Positions 22,401-32,044 of a stretch of 64,000 bases of DNA are shown here, piece after piece. The notes under the pieces were generated by a model. That model ran no database searches and was not told where the DNA came from. It saw only the letters and a list, made by a program, of their open reading frames with translations. Source of the DNA: a virus (Duplodnaviria > Caudoviricetes); IMG/VR virus record IMGVR_UViG_3300030113_000006, positions 1,341-65,340 of that record. The stretch is one strand, 5' to 3'. The number at the start of each line of letters is the position of its first letter. The first letter of the stretch is position 1. The translations under genes were made by a program, and so were the position numbers.

Positions 22401-23706
22401 TGGCAAGGACATTCAAGGAACAATTAATATTCTTAAACAGTATGCTTATTCAACCATGATGGGTGCAGTAGCATTAATGTTTCAAACTGATATTGTAATG
22501 CCAATCTTCAAACATGGCTTCAAACATATAGCAGATGGAGTAATACCTACTATTGGACAAATGTTGAGCACAAAAGCACCAAAAAGGGTATGGGCCGATA
22601 TGGCTGTTGGAATAAACACCACATTAGCAACCTTAAGAAAGTGTATTCGCAACGAAGGGTCGCAATGGTTTGGGATGCAACCTGCAACCAGACTATTTAA
22701 TAATATATCTAAAGTTGGTAGTAATCTATTTTTTATTAATCAATTGTATGATGTAGCAGAAAATATGGCTGCCAGTACTAGCGCATCCGCCCTCTTAAGG
22801 GATATACATAATTGGACAAGCAAGGGTCATTTTATAATGAGGGTTGATGCTAATGGTATTAGAAAGAAACATTGGATATCGGATTATAAATTTAGCAAAA
22901 AAGATCTCGAACGATTGCAACTAGGTAGACTTGATTTACAAGAACACGGCCATGCTATACAAGAAATGTTTGAAAAATTTGGAGACAAGACCGACTTTAT
23001 GGGTACAACTGGTTATATACCAAATACTGTTGCGTGGACAAATACAAAGGCTGCCGAACACTTTAGGATGTTTATACGTAGAGAAGTTGATCACTTGATT
23101 AATAAGCCTAATAAAGCTGATAATCCATTTTGGTTTAAACATCCAGCCTTAAGTCTTACAACCCAGTTTTTATCGTGGAGTTTTGGGGTTACAAACAACA
23201 TTACTATACCAATGATGCAACGCATGGATCAAGAGAAGTTAACGTGGATGGTCCTATCTATGAGCCTTGGTTCATTAACAGGACCTATGCGCCAATTAGC
23301 AAACGGACAAGAAGTAGATCTTAATCCTATAACCCTGCTTGGTGAAGGTATTACGCAATCTGGAGTTTTAGGTTGGCAATGGGAACAATTAATTAAATTA
23401 AACTCAGTGTTAGATTTAGAACAAATTAGGTTTTTACAAAGTGATAGATTTAGACGTAAAACCTTAACTGATTTAGCATTAGGGCCAATAGGTAGTATTT
23501 ATGATAGCGTAGGTAGAGTAGCTAGTATGTTTTTAAATGGGGAAATTAATAAAGAAGACTTTAGAAAAGTTATAAGATTAGCTCCATTCACTAATGCTTT
23601 TTACTTGAGAAGATTGCTCAATGATTGGGTGGAATCATTGAGTATTCCTAATAAACCGCCTAAGAAATACTATGGAGAGAATGCAGAGCCAATAGTTAAT
23701 TGGTAG
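19486..23706 (+). CDS. Large internal virion protein, gp16-like
   Basis: 1406 aa with coiled coils; DP..YIP, Y.NRLYD..KI, QF.S..F, LGP.GS and R.APF.N.FY motifs are typical of podoviral large core proteins. Confidence 0.7.
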   Translation: MFVGSKDAEFGFTTAKHLVEHAQPRPSFWSETLPAYFSENNILVNSYRFYRDTSIVGRSPLPAKDFEPLTKETVQGIPENFWGYLAQSVNEKDLEVRRNKIIREIKDLDIRKRSSGWASFGAGLLEMWFDPTTYIPFGKTVRYPGLLEGVAKNAIHAAPVAFGGAALSNAVTMATKESKGLEDWMVETFTQGVLGSSVAGLAGGTKAGQYLLARIGIKARHADLELKAIIAPETTKKYKKGEIIDIVAAPSKDLSTIIKNKTTSQGNTTIKDNNITNKTTHEISASNETAGTATPSQQRRLKESIDEQIKKGTLSTEELVTTKAAEINKLIKDGIATVGENAVFRFLYKPAPIVKGLTSPFAIFRKFTNGIFDHNLLLGKMEHLKLNEINTKIQAAKKLIKESTTPEEKLKIEEELIRLKEEKKAIKTEKYDATYAGTPEQEFSAQTIAAKYMTANYFCEVQAMEIWKESVGLGGPISSKVPFAQTAIDVLKKISKEHENQISFKTCLEDATYSLRRGEESTNPVAQKIAQLYRKHLYDPIMKDLQELGSLPENLTIDTAISYVNRLYDKEKIRAKENDFIALLETFYIARDNKVKELLAPIEIAERQVKNLEGLLKQQTVYEKKLIKTKKDTAAIKKLRQQTIAAIEAKNKKLQGLKDTLQHQIDTGTLPLSTTDRQSGITQLSLLDGKPTITKALQEEHAALLKPLIESKDRLAKMREQWKLERSRVQPGEKVILEGSRVQPEIATNQHLKARKKYRKDIKKQKKLIAEIQEGIQQKIEKGEVSKELYYKGKKTGKKYLYNLQKRSLASLAKKVADYEHLARCITETIIDENSQQMAARIFNGISGKGNSKPSALKARTVLCADHILEKYLINDITEVASAHAGNLSNYIALENFFRRNGTDASGAKKYFIRELKTEYKKAKDLLYRQPDSPNRAKKLHNLQKEFNEAKEGMEEFLDVFRGDYERPKTKNGKDIQGTINILKQYAYSTMMGAVALMFQTDIVMPIFKHGFKHIADGVIPTIGQMLSTKAPKRVWADMAVGINTTLATLRKCIRNEGSQWFGMQPATRLFNNISKVGSNLFFINQLYDVAENMAASTSASALLRDIHNWTSKGHFIMRVDANGIRKKHWISDYKFSKKDLERLQLGRLDLQEHGHAIQEMFEKFGDKTDFMGTTGYIPNTVAWTNTKAAEHFRMFIRREVDHLINKPNKADNPFWFKHPALSLTTQFLSWSFGVTNNITIPMMQRMDQEKLTWMVLSMSLGSLTGPMRQLANGQEVDLNPITLLGEGITQSGVLGWQWEQLIKLNSVLDLEQIRFLQSDRFRRKTLTDLALGPIGSIYDSVGRVASMFLNGEINKEDFRKVIRLAPFTNAFYLRRLLNDWVESLSIPNKPPKKYYGENAEPIVNW

Positions 23707-23790
23707 CACCTTTAACATAAGCCATATAAAGTTAATTGGTAATGCGCTCAATATAAACCATATAAAGTACTATATACGCTATAATATATA
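23688..23790. repeat. Degenerate tandem duplication, 36-bp period
   Basis: GTTAATTGGTA at 23695 and 23731; CCATATAAAGT at 23722 and 23758. Confidence 0.7.
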
Positions 23791-23806
23791 AAAAGGATTT
23801 TTAAAT

Positions 23807-25447
23807 ATGGCATCAAGACAAGGAGTCGCACAATATACAGCCAATCAGGGTGATACTATATTTAATGCACCGTTTTATGTGTATGATGTAGCTTACCTTA
23901 GTGTATATCTTACTCCAGCTGGACATCCAGCAAACGATAGCGCCAACCTATTAATCTATAATGTACAATATATCGGCGAATCGCTTCCATTGGGTGGAAA
24001 TATTATCCTTCTAACCCCAGCAAACCTAGGAGATATAATAACTATATTATATAATGTTGATAATGCTATTGTTTTTCCACAATATCCATTGTGCTCGCAA
24101 GTTGACCCCGTTGCTGATAGCTCTTTACCTGTATTACCACCAAGTTGTATGTGGGCCAAGTCATCAGATGGCAGTAAGATAATAGCAACTGCAGTACCAG
24201 CAGGAACTAATGTGCCAACTGTACCAGGAACAGCTGCAACCAATAATGTTGTTAAATTTGGTAATACAACTGGTGCACCTATTACATTACAAAACAGTAA
24301 TACCACCCTGACTTCTATAACCTTATCTAGCGGTAAATATGACAATGTATCTGGTATTAATAATCTAACTATAAAAGGCACCATGGCTATAGGTAATACC
24401 GCACCTGTGGCTGGGTATATGTTAGATGTTACTGGTGCGGTACTTGTTACCACAATTGAATCACAAGCAGCAATAATATTAGATGATGTTAGCGGTACTT
24501 ATAAAACTTTTATTACCGCACCGCAAGAATTTAGCAGCAACATTACTTACGTATTACCACCCACACTAACTACCAGCCCCGGAGCATTATTAGCTAGCGA
24601 CTTAAGTGGCAATCTATCTTGGTTGCCACAAAATAGTATTACACAACTAGGAGAAGTTACCCAAGGTATTTGGAATGCCGGTTCTATTACATCTAGCGGT
24701 GACATCACTAGCACTGGTGTTATATCAGGAACAGGTGCAACCTTCGCTACAAATACAAATACTGGTATTGTAACCACCAACGGTATAACATTTATTGACA
24801 CCGAAACGCCACCCAACACAGCAACTTTTAAATCTCCACCTACGCTTGGCGTAAGCGCAACCTACACCATGCCAGCTAGCATGGGAAGTACTGGTGACGT
24901 ATTAATGATGTTTAATGAGGGTGCTGATGGTGCATTCTTGAATTGGGTAGCACCTCTCACCTATAATGCAGCCAACCGAACACAAGTAACCGCTGAGATA
25001 CCAGCAGGTCTTTACGTAGATCCAACACAACTAAAGTATCATAACGGAATTGCAAAAGCATGGGTACGATTCCATATGAACTCTGGTGTTGTATCAGCAA
25101 TCATAAGTAGTTCGTATAATCTTACAACAGGCACGCCACCTAGTGGAATTACTTATCCAATAAATCGTATAGCAACCGGTATTTACGATATCTACTTTGC
25201 AAACAACTTTGCATCTGGAACATCGTATACAATGCATGGTACAGGTTATTTGGCAACCAACCCAATTATTTCTGTCGTACAATACCCACGATGTAACGGA
25301 ACTAATGGACAAGATCCACAACCAGGCTATTGTAGGATTGCATTGTTAGATCAAAGTGGCAATCTTACTGATGGAATCAACCTTATTACAACCCCACCAA
25401 TGCTTCCGCCAGACGTGTATGTTGTATTTTTTGGATCATTAGCTTAA
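23807..25447 (+). CDS. Tail fibre protein 1 (T7 gp17-like N-terminal adapter)
   Basis: QYTA..G.T.F..PF......L.VY adapter; C-terminal AKAWV.F.....I..SYN....I.R..TG.Y.I.F domain. Confidence 0.75.
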   Translation: MASRQGVAQYTANQGDTIFNAPFYVYDVAYLSVYLTPAGHPANDSANLLIYNVQYIGESLPLGGNIILLTPANLGDIITILYNVDNAIVFPQYPLCSQVDPVADSSLPVLPPSCMWAKSSDGSKIIATAVPAGTNVPTVPGTAATNNVVKFGNTTGAPITLQNSNTTLTSITLSSGKYDNVSGINNLTIKGTMAIGNTAPVAGYMLDVTGAVLVTTIESQAAIILDDVSGTYKTFITAPQEFSSNITYVLPPTLTTSPGALLASDLSGNLSWLPQNSITQLGEVTQGIWNAGSITSSGDITSTGVISGTGATFATNTNTGIVTTNGITFIDTETPPNTATFKSPPTLGVSATYTMPASMGSTGDVLMMFNEGADGAFLNWVAPLTYNAANRTQVTAEIPAGLYVDPTQLKYHNGIAKAWVRFHMNSGVVSAIISSSYNLTTGTPPSGITYPINRIATGIYDIYFANNFASGTSYTMHGTGYLATNPIISVVQYPRCNGTNGQDPQPGYCRIALLDQSGNLTDGINLITTPPMLPPDVYVVFFGSLA

Positions 25448-25544
25448 GGATATATAGATAGCAACATACAGAAATAGCACTATATGAGCACGCAAACAAT
25501 AACTACAAGATGTACCACATAAGAATTACACAAGGATAGTACGT

Positions 25545-27236
25545 ATGCCAGCCATAACAATTACCGCGATTAATCCACTAATACAATATCCAGCAACATT
25601 AGGGCAAACCCTATTTACGTTTGCGTTTGCTGTAATTGATGCTGCTAGCGTGCAAGTATATGTTACTCGTATAGGGCAATTAGCAAACGAGGACACACAA
25701 CAATTACTATATAATATCGAGTATACCGTATTGATAAACCCGCCACCAGCAATTGGTGGTTCGATAACAATTAATTTAACACCACCCCTACAGGCCGAAG
25801 ATAGAGTAACCATCCTTAGAAGTTCAATATTACAACGCGTCAGCAACTATACTGATGGCTCACTAATGAGCGCAGCAAGCCTTAATAATGATTTCAACAC
25901 TAATGTAATGGTAGAACAAGAACTTGGAGTTGTAAATACCCAACTAGGTCCAAGATATAATGTTTGCGACATGTTAGATGGTAGCGATACTTTGCTACCG
26001 CGATTACCTAATGGGTGCACCTGGGTTAAAAAGGCAGATGGTACTGGTATTGTTGCGCAAAACATTTCAAACCTACCAGAAGGAGCTATTGCAGCAGTTA
26101 ATCCAATGGTAAATGGAATAGCAGTCTTCCAGGATAATCAAGGCACAATCACTAGTACCGCAATAACTATAGATGCGAACAATAATATTGCTAACGCCAA
26201 CAATATTACTGGAATTAGTTTAAACGTGGGCTCTGCAAACATACAAACTAACATTGCTACCAATAACATGACTAGCACAGGCACCATTAACGCTAACAAC
26301 ATTACTACCACTGGTAATCTAATTGTTGCAAATAACGGTTTTGCTACTGTAGACAACCTAACGGTAAATGGTAGCTTTGTGGCGCCAAACTTTACGCAAA
26401 ACACTATTAATGCTACTAATAGTATATCGGCACCTGTTATAAATGCTACACAACAACTGGTTACACCAAGAATATTTAGTGGTGCCAGTCTTCCGTTGGG
26501 CGGAATAGCACCAATTATCTTCGATTCACCTATAGTAACTCGTAGTATTTCTACAGGTACAAACCCAATATCTACTATGACTATACTTTGTGGTGGTATT
26601 AACATAGGGGACATACCAAATTACCCAAATTATAGAGGTATATATACCTCAGGTGGTAATGCAGCATTAAACATAACGACACCAGGAGTTCCAGTATCCA
26701 TCTGGAATAGCACAGGCAACACGGCAACTCCATTACGATTATATGACAGTACGCCAAATAATTATGTGGACATACAAGCGCCAGCAGCAATTGCTGCCAG
26801 CTATAGCATAACACTACCAACAGCAGCAGCACCAACTACGATAGAAACAGTATTAACAAACGATGGAACTGGGCAATTGAATTGGGTTGCACCCACAGGA
26901 ATTGGTGGTGGTATTAAGGCATTTGTTATTTTTAAATTAACTAGCGTTGGGGGAATTCCAGTTATCGTGAATAGTCTTAATGTCAACTACGTAATAAGAA
27001 GAAATCAGGTGGGGCAAGATCAGGGGATTTTTTATATTAATTTACCTGGAATAGTTACTTTCAATTTTGTTAATGCACAAGCAACCATGGGTAATACGAT
27101 AATTGGAACAATTATAATTGGGCAACCAACGCTACATAACGTTGTTATAGGTATATATAGAGTAAATTATATGCAAGATGCAAATGTATGGATAGACCCT
27201 TTTGTAGAACAACCAATATATGTAGGAATGTGGTAA
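25545..27236 (+). CDS. Tail fibre protein 2 (T7 gp17-like N-terminal adapter)
   Basis: QYPAT.GQT.F.FAF......V.VY, V.ILR, LN.DF; shares LP.LP..C.W.K..DG..I.A and KAFV.F with fibre 1. Confidence 0.8.
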   Translation: MPAITITAINPLIQYPATLGQTLFTFAFAVIDAASVQVYVTRIGQLANEDTQQLLYNIEYTVLINPPPAIGGSITINLTPPLQAEDRVTILRSSILQRVSNYTDGSLMSAASLNNDFNTNVMVEQELGVVNTQLGPRYNVCDMLDGSDTLLPRLPNGCTWVKKADGTGIVAQNISNLPEGAIAAVNPMVNGIAVFQDNQGTITSTAITIDANNNIANANNITGISLNVGSANIQTNIATNNMTSTGTINANNITTTGNLIVANNGFATVDNLTVNGSFVAPNFTQNTINATNSISAPVINATQQLVTPRIFSGASLPLGGIAPIIFDSPIVTRSISTGTNPISTMTILCGGINIGDIPNYPNYRGIYTSGGNAALNITTPGVPVSIWNSTGNTATPLRLYDSTPNNYVDIQAPAAIAASYSITLPTAAAPTTIETVLTNDGTGQLNWVAPTGIGGGIKAFVIFKLTSVGGIPVIVNSLNVNYVIRRNQVGQDQGIFYINLPGIVTFNFVNAQATMGNTIIGTIIIGQPTLHNVVIGIYRVNYMQDANVWIDPFVEQPIYVGMW

Positions 27237-27374
27237 CCATTTATAATTAATAGACCACTACACGGTAGTATCATTTTAAAATACCATGTTTTGAATACGC
27301 TCTATATTTGCATCCCACATTGAAAATATTATACTTTGAAAATATCTAATTAGTATATTATACTTTACAATATC

Positions 27375-27394
27375 TATATTCACGGAGGAATATA
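27375..27394 (+). promoter_or_regulatory. CsrA-type site at RBS of 27394
   Basis: TATATTC-ACGGAG-GAATATA: 7-bp perfect stem with ANGGAN loop. Confidence 0.65.
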
Positions 27395-27543
27395 TGCCAC
27401 TATTATCAGGCAAGGCTGCCACTATTAAGAAGGGATTCGAAGAAAACATACGAATCGAAAGACGCGCTGGCAAACCCAATAAACAAGCTATAGCGATCGC
27501 ATATCAAAAGAAGAGAGAAGGTTCCAGGAAGGGAGGCCAATAA
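27394..27543 (+). CDS. Small basic phage protein (49 aa; not in ORF track)
   Basis: MPLLSGKAATIKKGFEENIRIERRAGKPNKQAIAIAYQKKREGSRKGGQ, GGAGG RBS; resembles the common phage MPL..G.....ENI......GKP.KQA.AIA proteins. Confidence 0.7.
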   Translation: MPLLSGKAATIKKGFEENIRIERRAGKPNKQAIAIAYQKKREGSRKGGQ

Positions 27544-27545
27544 TA

Positions 27546-27830
27546 ATGGAAGATAGAGAAACACAAGTACAACCAAAACATTTTTTATTAAATGAAACAA
27601 TTACCCCACCACAAGTTTACGAACACCGGATGCACGACGGGCATCTATATGTAGAAGGATTACACAAAAAAGATTTAGGGCCTGCAATCCACATACATAC
27701 AGCTGGTCAAGATTTTTCCATACCTGATAACGAAAGATACGCCCCGCCAACCGCACCTAATCCTTTTATGTATACCGGACTACCAGAGTTGGGCATTGAT
27801 TACCCTGGCTTGCCAGGAAAGGATGCATAA
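27546..27830 (+). CDS. Hypothetical protein
   Basis: GGAGG RBS; co-directional, follows 27394 directly. Confidence 0.5.
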   Translation: MEDRETQVQPKHFLLNETITPPQVYEHRMHDGHLYVEGLHKKDLGPAIHIHTAGQDFSIPDNERYAPPTAPNPFMYTGLPELGIDYPGLPGKDA

Positions 27831-27891
27831 GACGGTAACTATAAACAATTATTAATCAACAACATCAACCACAATATAAGGAACACTAAAA

Positions 27892-28005
27892 ATGGCTAGA
27901 GAAGAAAGAGAAAAAAAGATAGAAAAAAAATTAGAAAAAAGAGTAGAAGGGAAAATGGAAAAAAAGGGTGAAAAACGTAAAGAACACCACAAAGCTAAAA
28001 GATAA
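27892..28005 (+). CDS. Small Lys/Glu-rich peptide (37 aa; not in ORF track)
   Basis: MAREEREKKIEKKLEKRVEGKMEKKGEKRKEHHKAKR after an AAGGA RBS. Confidence 0.5.
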   Translation: MAREEREKKIEKKLEKRVEGKMEKKGEKRKEHHKAKR

Positions 28006-28077
28006 TACCGCCATTAACACTACTATATAAACAACAATTATAATTAATCTTAAAGAGGCGGAAAATGGCTTGCAAAA

Positions 28078-28755
28078 ATGGAAAGAAAAAGAAATAATTT
28101 ACGTTGCATTACCAGTCGCAATAATAACATTAATAATATTATTGATAATCATTCGGTAGCAAGAGACGTAAACGCAAAACCTAAAATAAAGACTAGTGAG
28201 TTTGCCATTCAGAAATCCTTTTTTGAGTGGCTTAAACACTATCCACATATAGACGAAGTAACTATATCTATACCTAATGGAGGTATTAGAACTGCCAAAG
28301 AAGCAATATTTTTAAAGATGACTGGCCTCAAGGTTGGCGCTCCAGATGTTTTCATTTTTTATCCTAGCAATGGTTACCACGGATTAGCCATTGAATTTAA
28401 AAGTGAGCATGGCAATATAACTGTGCCGCAAAAGCAATTTTTAAACACCTTGGCAATGAAAGGATATAATTGTGCAGTTTGCTATTCGTTAGAGGATGCT
28501 ATAATTAGAGTAGAGGAACATCTTAAGTGCAAGAGAGATGAAAGGGAACTAGAATTAATATCCAAGGCTCGTACTCTTGATGTTAAAATCATTATAAAGA
28601 ACGATCAACTAGAACTGATGTTTACAAATTATTCTAACAATTTGATTGACAGACTATGTGAGCAAATTAAAAACAGAGAAGTAAACATACGTGCTTTATT
28701 AATACAAAGATGGATAGAACAAGGTAAACAAGACACTGTAGTTATAGATGGCTAA
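28078..28755 (+). CDS. VRR-NUC domain nuclease
   Basis: E..IQ......, IPNGG.R, GL..G.PD......, IEFK...G.....QK.F...L...GY. Confidence 0.85.
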   Translation: MERKRNNLRCITSRNNNINNIIDNHSVARDVNAKPKIKTSEFAIQKSFFEWLKHYPHIDEVTISIPNGGIRTAKEAIFLKMTGLKVGAPDVFIFYPSNGYHGLAIEFKSEHGNITVPQKQFLNTLAMKGYNCAVCYSLEDAIIRVEEHLKCKRDERELELISKARTLDVKIIIKNDQLELMFTNYSNNLIDRLCEQIKNREVNIRALLIQRWIEQGKQDTVVIDG

Positions 28756-28884
28756 CACTTGGTGTTCTCTGTGTTAGATTAGCTATGGTTGTATCTTGCG
28801 CCAGATGAATAATATATACCGTATACGACAGGTATACACACAACACATAAGTAATATAAGAATACACAAGGAAGTGGTTATACA

Positions 28885-29382
28885 ATGGAATATGAACAAC
28901 TAAAGGCTTACTTCGTAACTCCAGTCCTTAAAGGACTAGTAGCATGGTCGCAAGAAGCGGAAGACCTAATGATTGGTACGTTCGCACAAGAAAGTGGTTG
29001 TGGTAGATACGTTAAACAATTAACAGGAACCGCTCTGGGGTTTTGGCAGATGGAGCCAGCAAATCACGATGATATTTGGTGCAACTATCTGCCAAATAAC
29101 ACTCGACTAGCATACGTACTACTTAATGAGGTATGCAAGCTGGCGATTAAACCGACGGCCGATCTATTGTTAGACAATATTAGATACGCTTGCTCAATGG
29201 CTAGAATTCATTATATGCGTGTCAGGGAGCCTATACCAACCACCATTGAAGAACAAGCTACATATTGGAAGAGATATTACAACACACAAAAAGGTAAGGG
29301 AACTACAGATGACTATATTTCAAATTATGCTAAATACACTAACAAGAAATATATTAAACAAAATACAAGCAAGGATAAATAA
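28885..29382 (+). CDS. Lysozyme-like endolysin/transglycosylase
   Basis: L..GT.AQES...Y.KQ..G.ALG.WQMEP..HDDIW, YA..MARIHY.R, A.YWK.YYNT..GKGT. RBS lies in a CAC-AAGGAA-GTG hairpin. Confidence 0.75.
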   Translation: MEYEQLKAYFVTPVLKGLVAWSQEAEDLMIGTFAQESGCGRYVKQLTGTALGFWQMEPANHDDIWCNYLPNNTRLAYVLLNEVCKLAIKPTADLLLDNIRYACSMARIHYMRVREPIPTTIEEQATYWKRYYNTQKGKGTTDDYISNYAKYTNKKYIKQNTSKDK

Positions 29383-29383
29383 T

Positions 29384-29629
29384 ATGATTGATCCAACCAC
29401 ATTTAAGGTAATAGTAGGAATTATTGGTATAATAGCGTGCATAGCATCATATTGTTATTATGGGAAGGTAAAAAATCCTATAGAACAAGAAGTAGAACAA
29501 ATTGTTAAAGAAGAAACCGGCATTGATATTGATACCTTTATAGGGCAAGAGCAAACCGCTACCACCGCCAACAATACTACTAACAACACCATAGGATCTA
29601 GCACAAACAACACAACAAATAATAATTAA
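29384..29629 (+). CDS. Single-TM membrane protein, holin-like
   Basis: ATG 29384 after AAGGA; one hydrophobic helix (VIVGIIGIIACIASYCYY); follows the endolysin. Confidence 0.5.
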   Translation: MIDPTTFKVIVGIIGIIACIASYCYYGKVKNPIEQEVEQIVKEETGIDIDTFIGQEQTATTANNTTNNTIGSSTNNTTNNN

Positions 29630-29641
29630 AACAAATTACCT

Positions 29642-30139
29642 ATGTACACAAACAGCCCAAAGAGTGACGTCACCACAGATGATAACGACTTAGATTATAA
29701 CATGTTGTATCATGTAGAAACCATGCCAGAATATATCGTGTGGCAAGAAATGATCCGCAGGTGTTACGAACCAAATCACCCAAGCTATAAAGATTTTGGT
29801 GGGATGGGTGCTACTGTGTGCCATACATGGCAAATTGGCTTTGGCACTTTTTTAAATGATGTAGGCAGGATGCCATTAGATGGCTCTTACATCCTAGAAA
29901 GAATTGATAGCACGCAATCATATAATAAAGATAATTGTAGGTGGCGAGTAACCAGAAGATATAACACAGCAAACACATCAAGTCTACCAATAACAAACTA
30001 CCCACCAGCAACTATAGCCGTACAACCAATGTTATCAACACCACCAATGTTAAATCTATCTTCACCCACAGCAAAGGACGGTAAGCATATACCATTACCA
30101 CCTAAACGGCCTCATAAGATTGGGTGCCGTATACTTTAA
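29642..30139 (+). CDS. Phage HNH-type endonuclease, possibly degenerate
   Basis: EY..W..M..RC......Y..FGG.G..VC..W...F..FL.D.G..P......ERID....Y..DNCRW. Confidence 0.75.
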   Translation: MYTNSPKSDVTTDDNDLDYNMLYHVETMPEYIVWQEMIRRCYEPNHPSYKDFGGMGATVCHTWQIGFGTFLNDVGRMPLDGSYILERIDSTQSYNKDNCRWRVTRRYNTANTSSLPITNYPPATIAVQPMLSTPPMLNLSSPTAKDGKHIPLPPKRPHKIGCRIL

Positions 30140-31920
30140 TGCCAAAAACCAGCAGCAAAAGTAGCACTATAGTATCATCAGCATTATTATCATCCCTATC
30201 ACCCACATTACCATTAAGCGCATCTATAATAAACTACCCTACTTTTAAACCGCGACATTATCAACGCGAGTTACTGGATGCTTTCTTTATAGGTAAAAGC
30301 AAAAGGTTTTTTTACTTGTGTCACCGTCGCGCCGGCAAAGACATGACGTGTTGGAACTTAATGTGGGGGGCGGCACTACAACGGGTAGGCACATACCTTT
30401 ATCTACTTCCACAGCATAATCAATCAAGGAAGGTAATTTGGAAAGGAATTATAGGAGATGGGCGTACCTTCTTAGGAATGATACCAAAACAATTAATAAG
30501 AAAAGTTAACAATACCAACATGTCAATTGAACTAGTTAACGGATCAATTATACAACTAGGTGGCGGCAAAAACTTTGATGCCCTTATGGGTACTAACCCA
30601 GTAGGTATCGTCCTGTCGGAGTTTGCTTTACATTCCCCAATGGTGCTCGCATACCTTAGTCCAATTCTAGTAGAAAACGGTGGTTTTCTTATATGCCAAA
30701 CAACCCCCCGCGGTAAGAACCATGCGTACCAAACGTTTCAGGCGGCGTTACAGGAACCAGACTGGTTTGTAAGAAGGTGGACCATAGCTGACACTAAGAA
30801 GTTTGACGGTACCCCAGTAATTACGGAGGCACAAATTGAGGCCGAAAGAAGGAGTGGGGTATCAGAGGAAATGATTAGGCAAGAGTGGTTCCTAGATTGG
30901 GCGGTAGGTAATGTGGGCGCCTACTATACTAGCGAGTTAGATGACTGCGAATATAGTGAACGTCTATTAGACTGGCAAATAGACCCACGACTTCCAATTT
31001 ATACCTTTTGGGATTTGGGTATTTCGGATGCGACCGCTATTTGGTTTATGCAGCCAGATGGGTACGATCTTAAGATGGTCTATTATTATGAGGCTACTGG
31101 GCAAGGATTCTATCATTATGCGTGTAAGCTAGATGAGCTCAAAGGGAGATTTGGGTTTAAGTATAAATACCACTATGCACCTCATGACGTAAAACAAAGG
31201 CATTGGGGGCATAACCCAAGATCTACATTACAACTAGCGGCCGAATGTGGGATTAGTTTCCTAGTAGTACCAAGGGTAAGTGTTGAGGAGGGTATTCAGG
31301 CAGCCAAAGCAATATTTCCTAGTGTTTGGTTTCATCAGACTAATTGTGCGCAAGGTATAGAAGCCTTAAGGGATTACCATAGAGAGTTTGACGAGGAAAA
31401 TAGATGTTTTAAGGATAAACCAGCTCATACTTGGTCGAGTAATTGTTTTGCCGGAGACACCAAAATATTGACGCGTAATGGAATATATCGAATAATGAAT
31501 TTACCCAAGGAAGGAGAAATTTTAACAAAATATGGCTGGAAGCAATATATAAATCCAAGGATAACACAGAAAAATGCTCAACTTATGGAGGTTGTGTTCA
31601 AAGACGGAGTTATAGTGAGATGTACGCCGGAACATTTGTTTTTAACAGAAAAAGGATGGAAATATGCAAAAAACCTAATGCAACATGAAAATATTGTTGC
31701 AACAATTGTAAATCGGCTAAGTATAGAAAGCGTACGAGAACTAAATTGTATTGAAGATGTTTGGTGTATAACGGTTCCAGGGATAGAACATTTTTCATTA
31801 GCTAATGGTGCTGTTGTTCATAATTGTGGAGATTCCTTTAGATATTTTGCAGTTACTTGGAAAGAGGTATACCAACGGCCAGAAATGAGTGAGCAAACAA
31901 CATATCAAAGTAATTTCTAG
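30139..31920 (+). CDS. terL: Terminase large subunit containing a mini-intein
   Basis: PR.YQ, Walker A HRRAGKD, SEFA, TPRGKNH, nuclease WDLG.SD.TAIW, PHD. Start taken at the TAATG overlap with the HNH stop. Confidence 0.95.
   Translation: MPKTSSKSSTIVSSALLSSLSPTLPLSASIINYPTFKPRHYQRELLDAFFIGKSKRFFYLCHRRAGKDMTCWNLMWGAALQRVGTYLYLLPQHNQSRKVIWKGIIGDGRTFLGMIPKQLIRKVNNTNMSIELVNGSIIQLGGGKNFDALMGTNPVGIVLSEFALHSPMVLAYLSPILVENGGFLICQTTPRGKNHAYQTFQAALQEPDWFVRRWTIADTKKFDGTPVITEAQIEAERRSGVSEEMIRQEWFLDWAVGNVGAYYTSELDDCEYSERLLDWQIDPRLPIYTFWDLGISDATAIWFMQPDGYDLKMVYYYEATGQGFYHYACKLDELKGRFGFKYKYHYAPHDVKQRHWGHNPRSTLQLAAECGISFLVVPRVSVEEGIQAAKAIFPSVWFHQTNCAQGIEALRDYHREFDEENRCFKDKPAHTWSSNCFAGDTKILTRNGIYRIMNLPKEGEILTKYGWKQYINPRITQKNAQLMEVVFKDGVIVRCTPEHLFLTEKGWKYAKNLMQHENIVATIVNRLSIESVRELNCIEDVWCITVPGIEHFSLANGAVVHNCGDSFRYFAVTWKEVYQRPEMSEQTTYQSNF
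31444..31824 (+). other. Mini-intein (127 aa, no homing endonuclease)
   Basis: Block A CFAGDTKIL, block B TPEH, block F DVWCITVPG.EHF, block G VVHN followed by +1 Cys. Removal restores H.WSSN-CGDSFRY. Confidence 0.92.
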
Positions 31921-32044
31921 TTTTTATCTATAAACGAAATACCATTTTAACTATCATTATTGCGAGGCCAACAATCACGCCATATTGAATAAAAAATGTA
32001 GTTATAATCACATCAAACCATAAAAATTACAAGGAATGTAAAAC

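Noticed and set aside
19632-26614. Antisense ORFs (e.g. 19950-20531, 23956-24453, 26138-26614) as genes
   Set aside because: They are shadows of long plus-strand genes, without RBS or recognisable motifs.
4540-27236. Diversity-generating retroelement acting on fibre genes
   Set aside because: No reverse transcriptase, and no near-identical TR/VR pair with adenine-specific differences seen; the repeats are diverged protein-level duplications.
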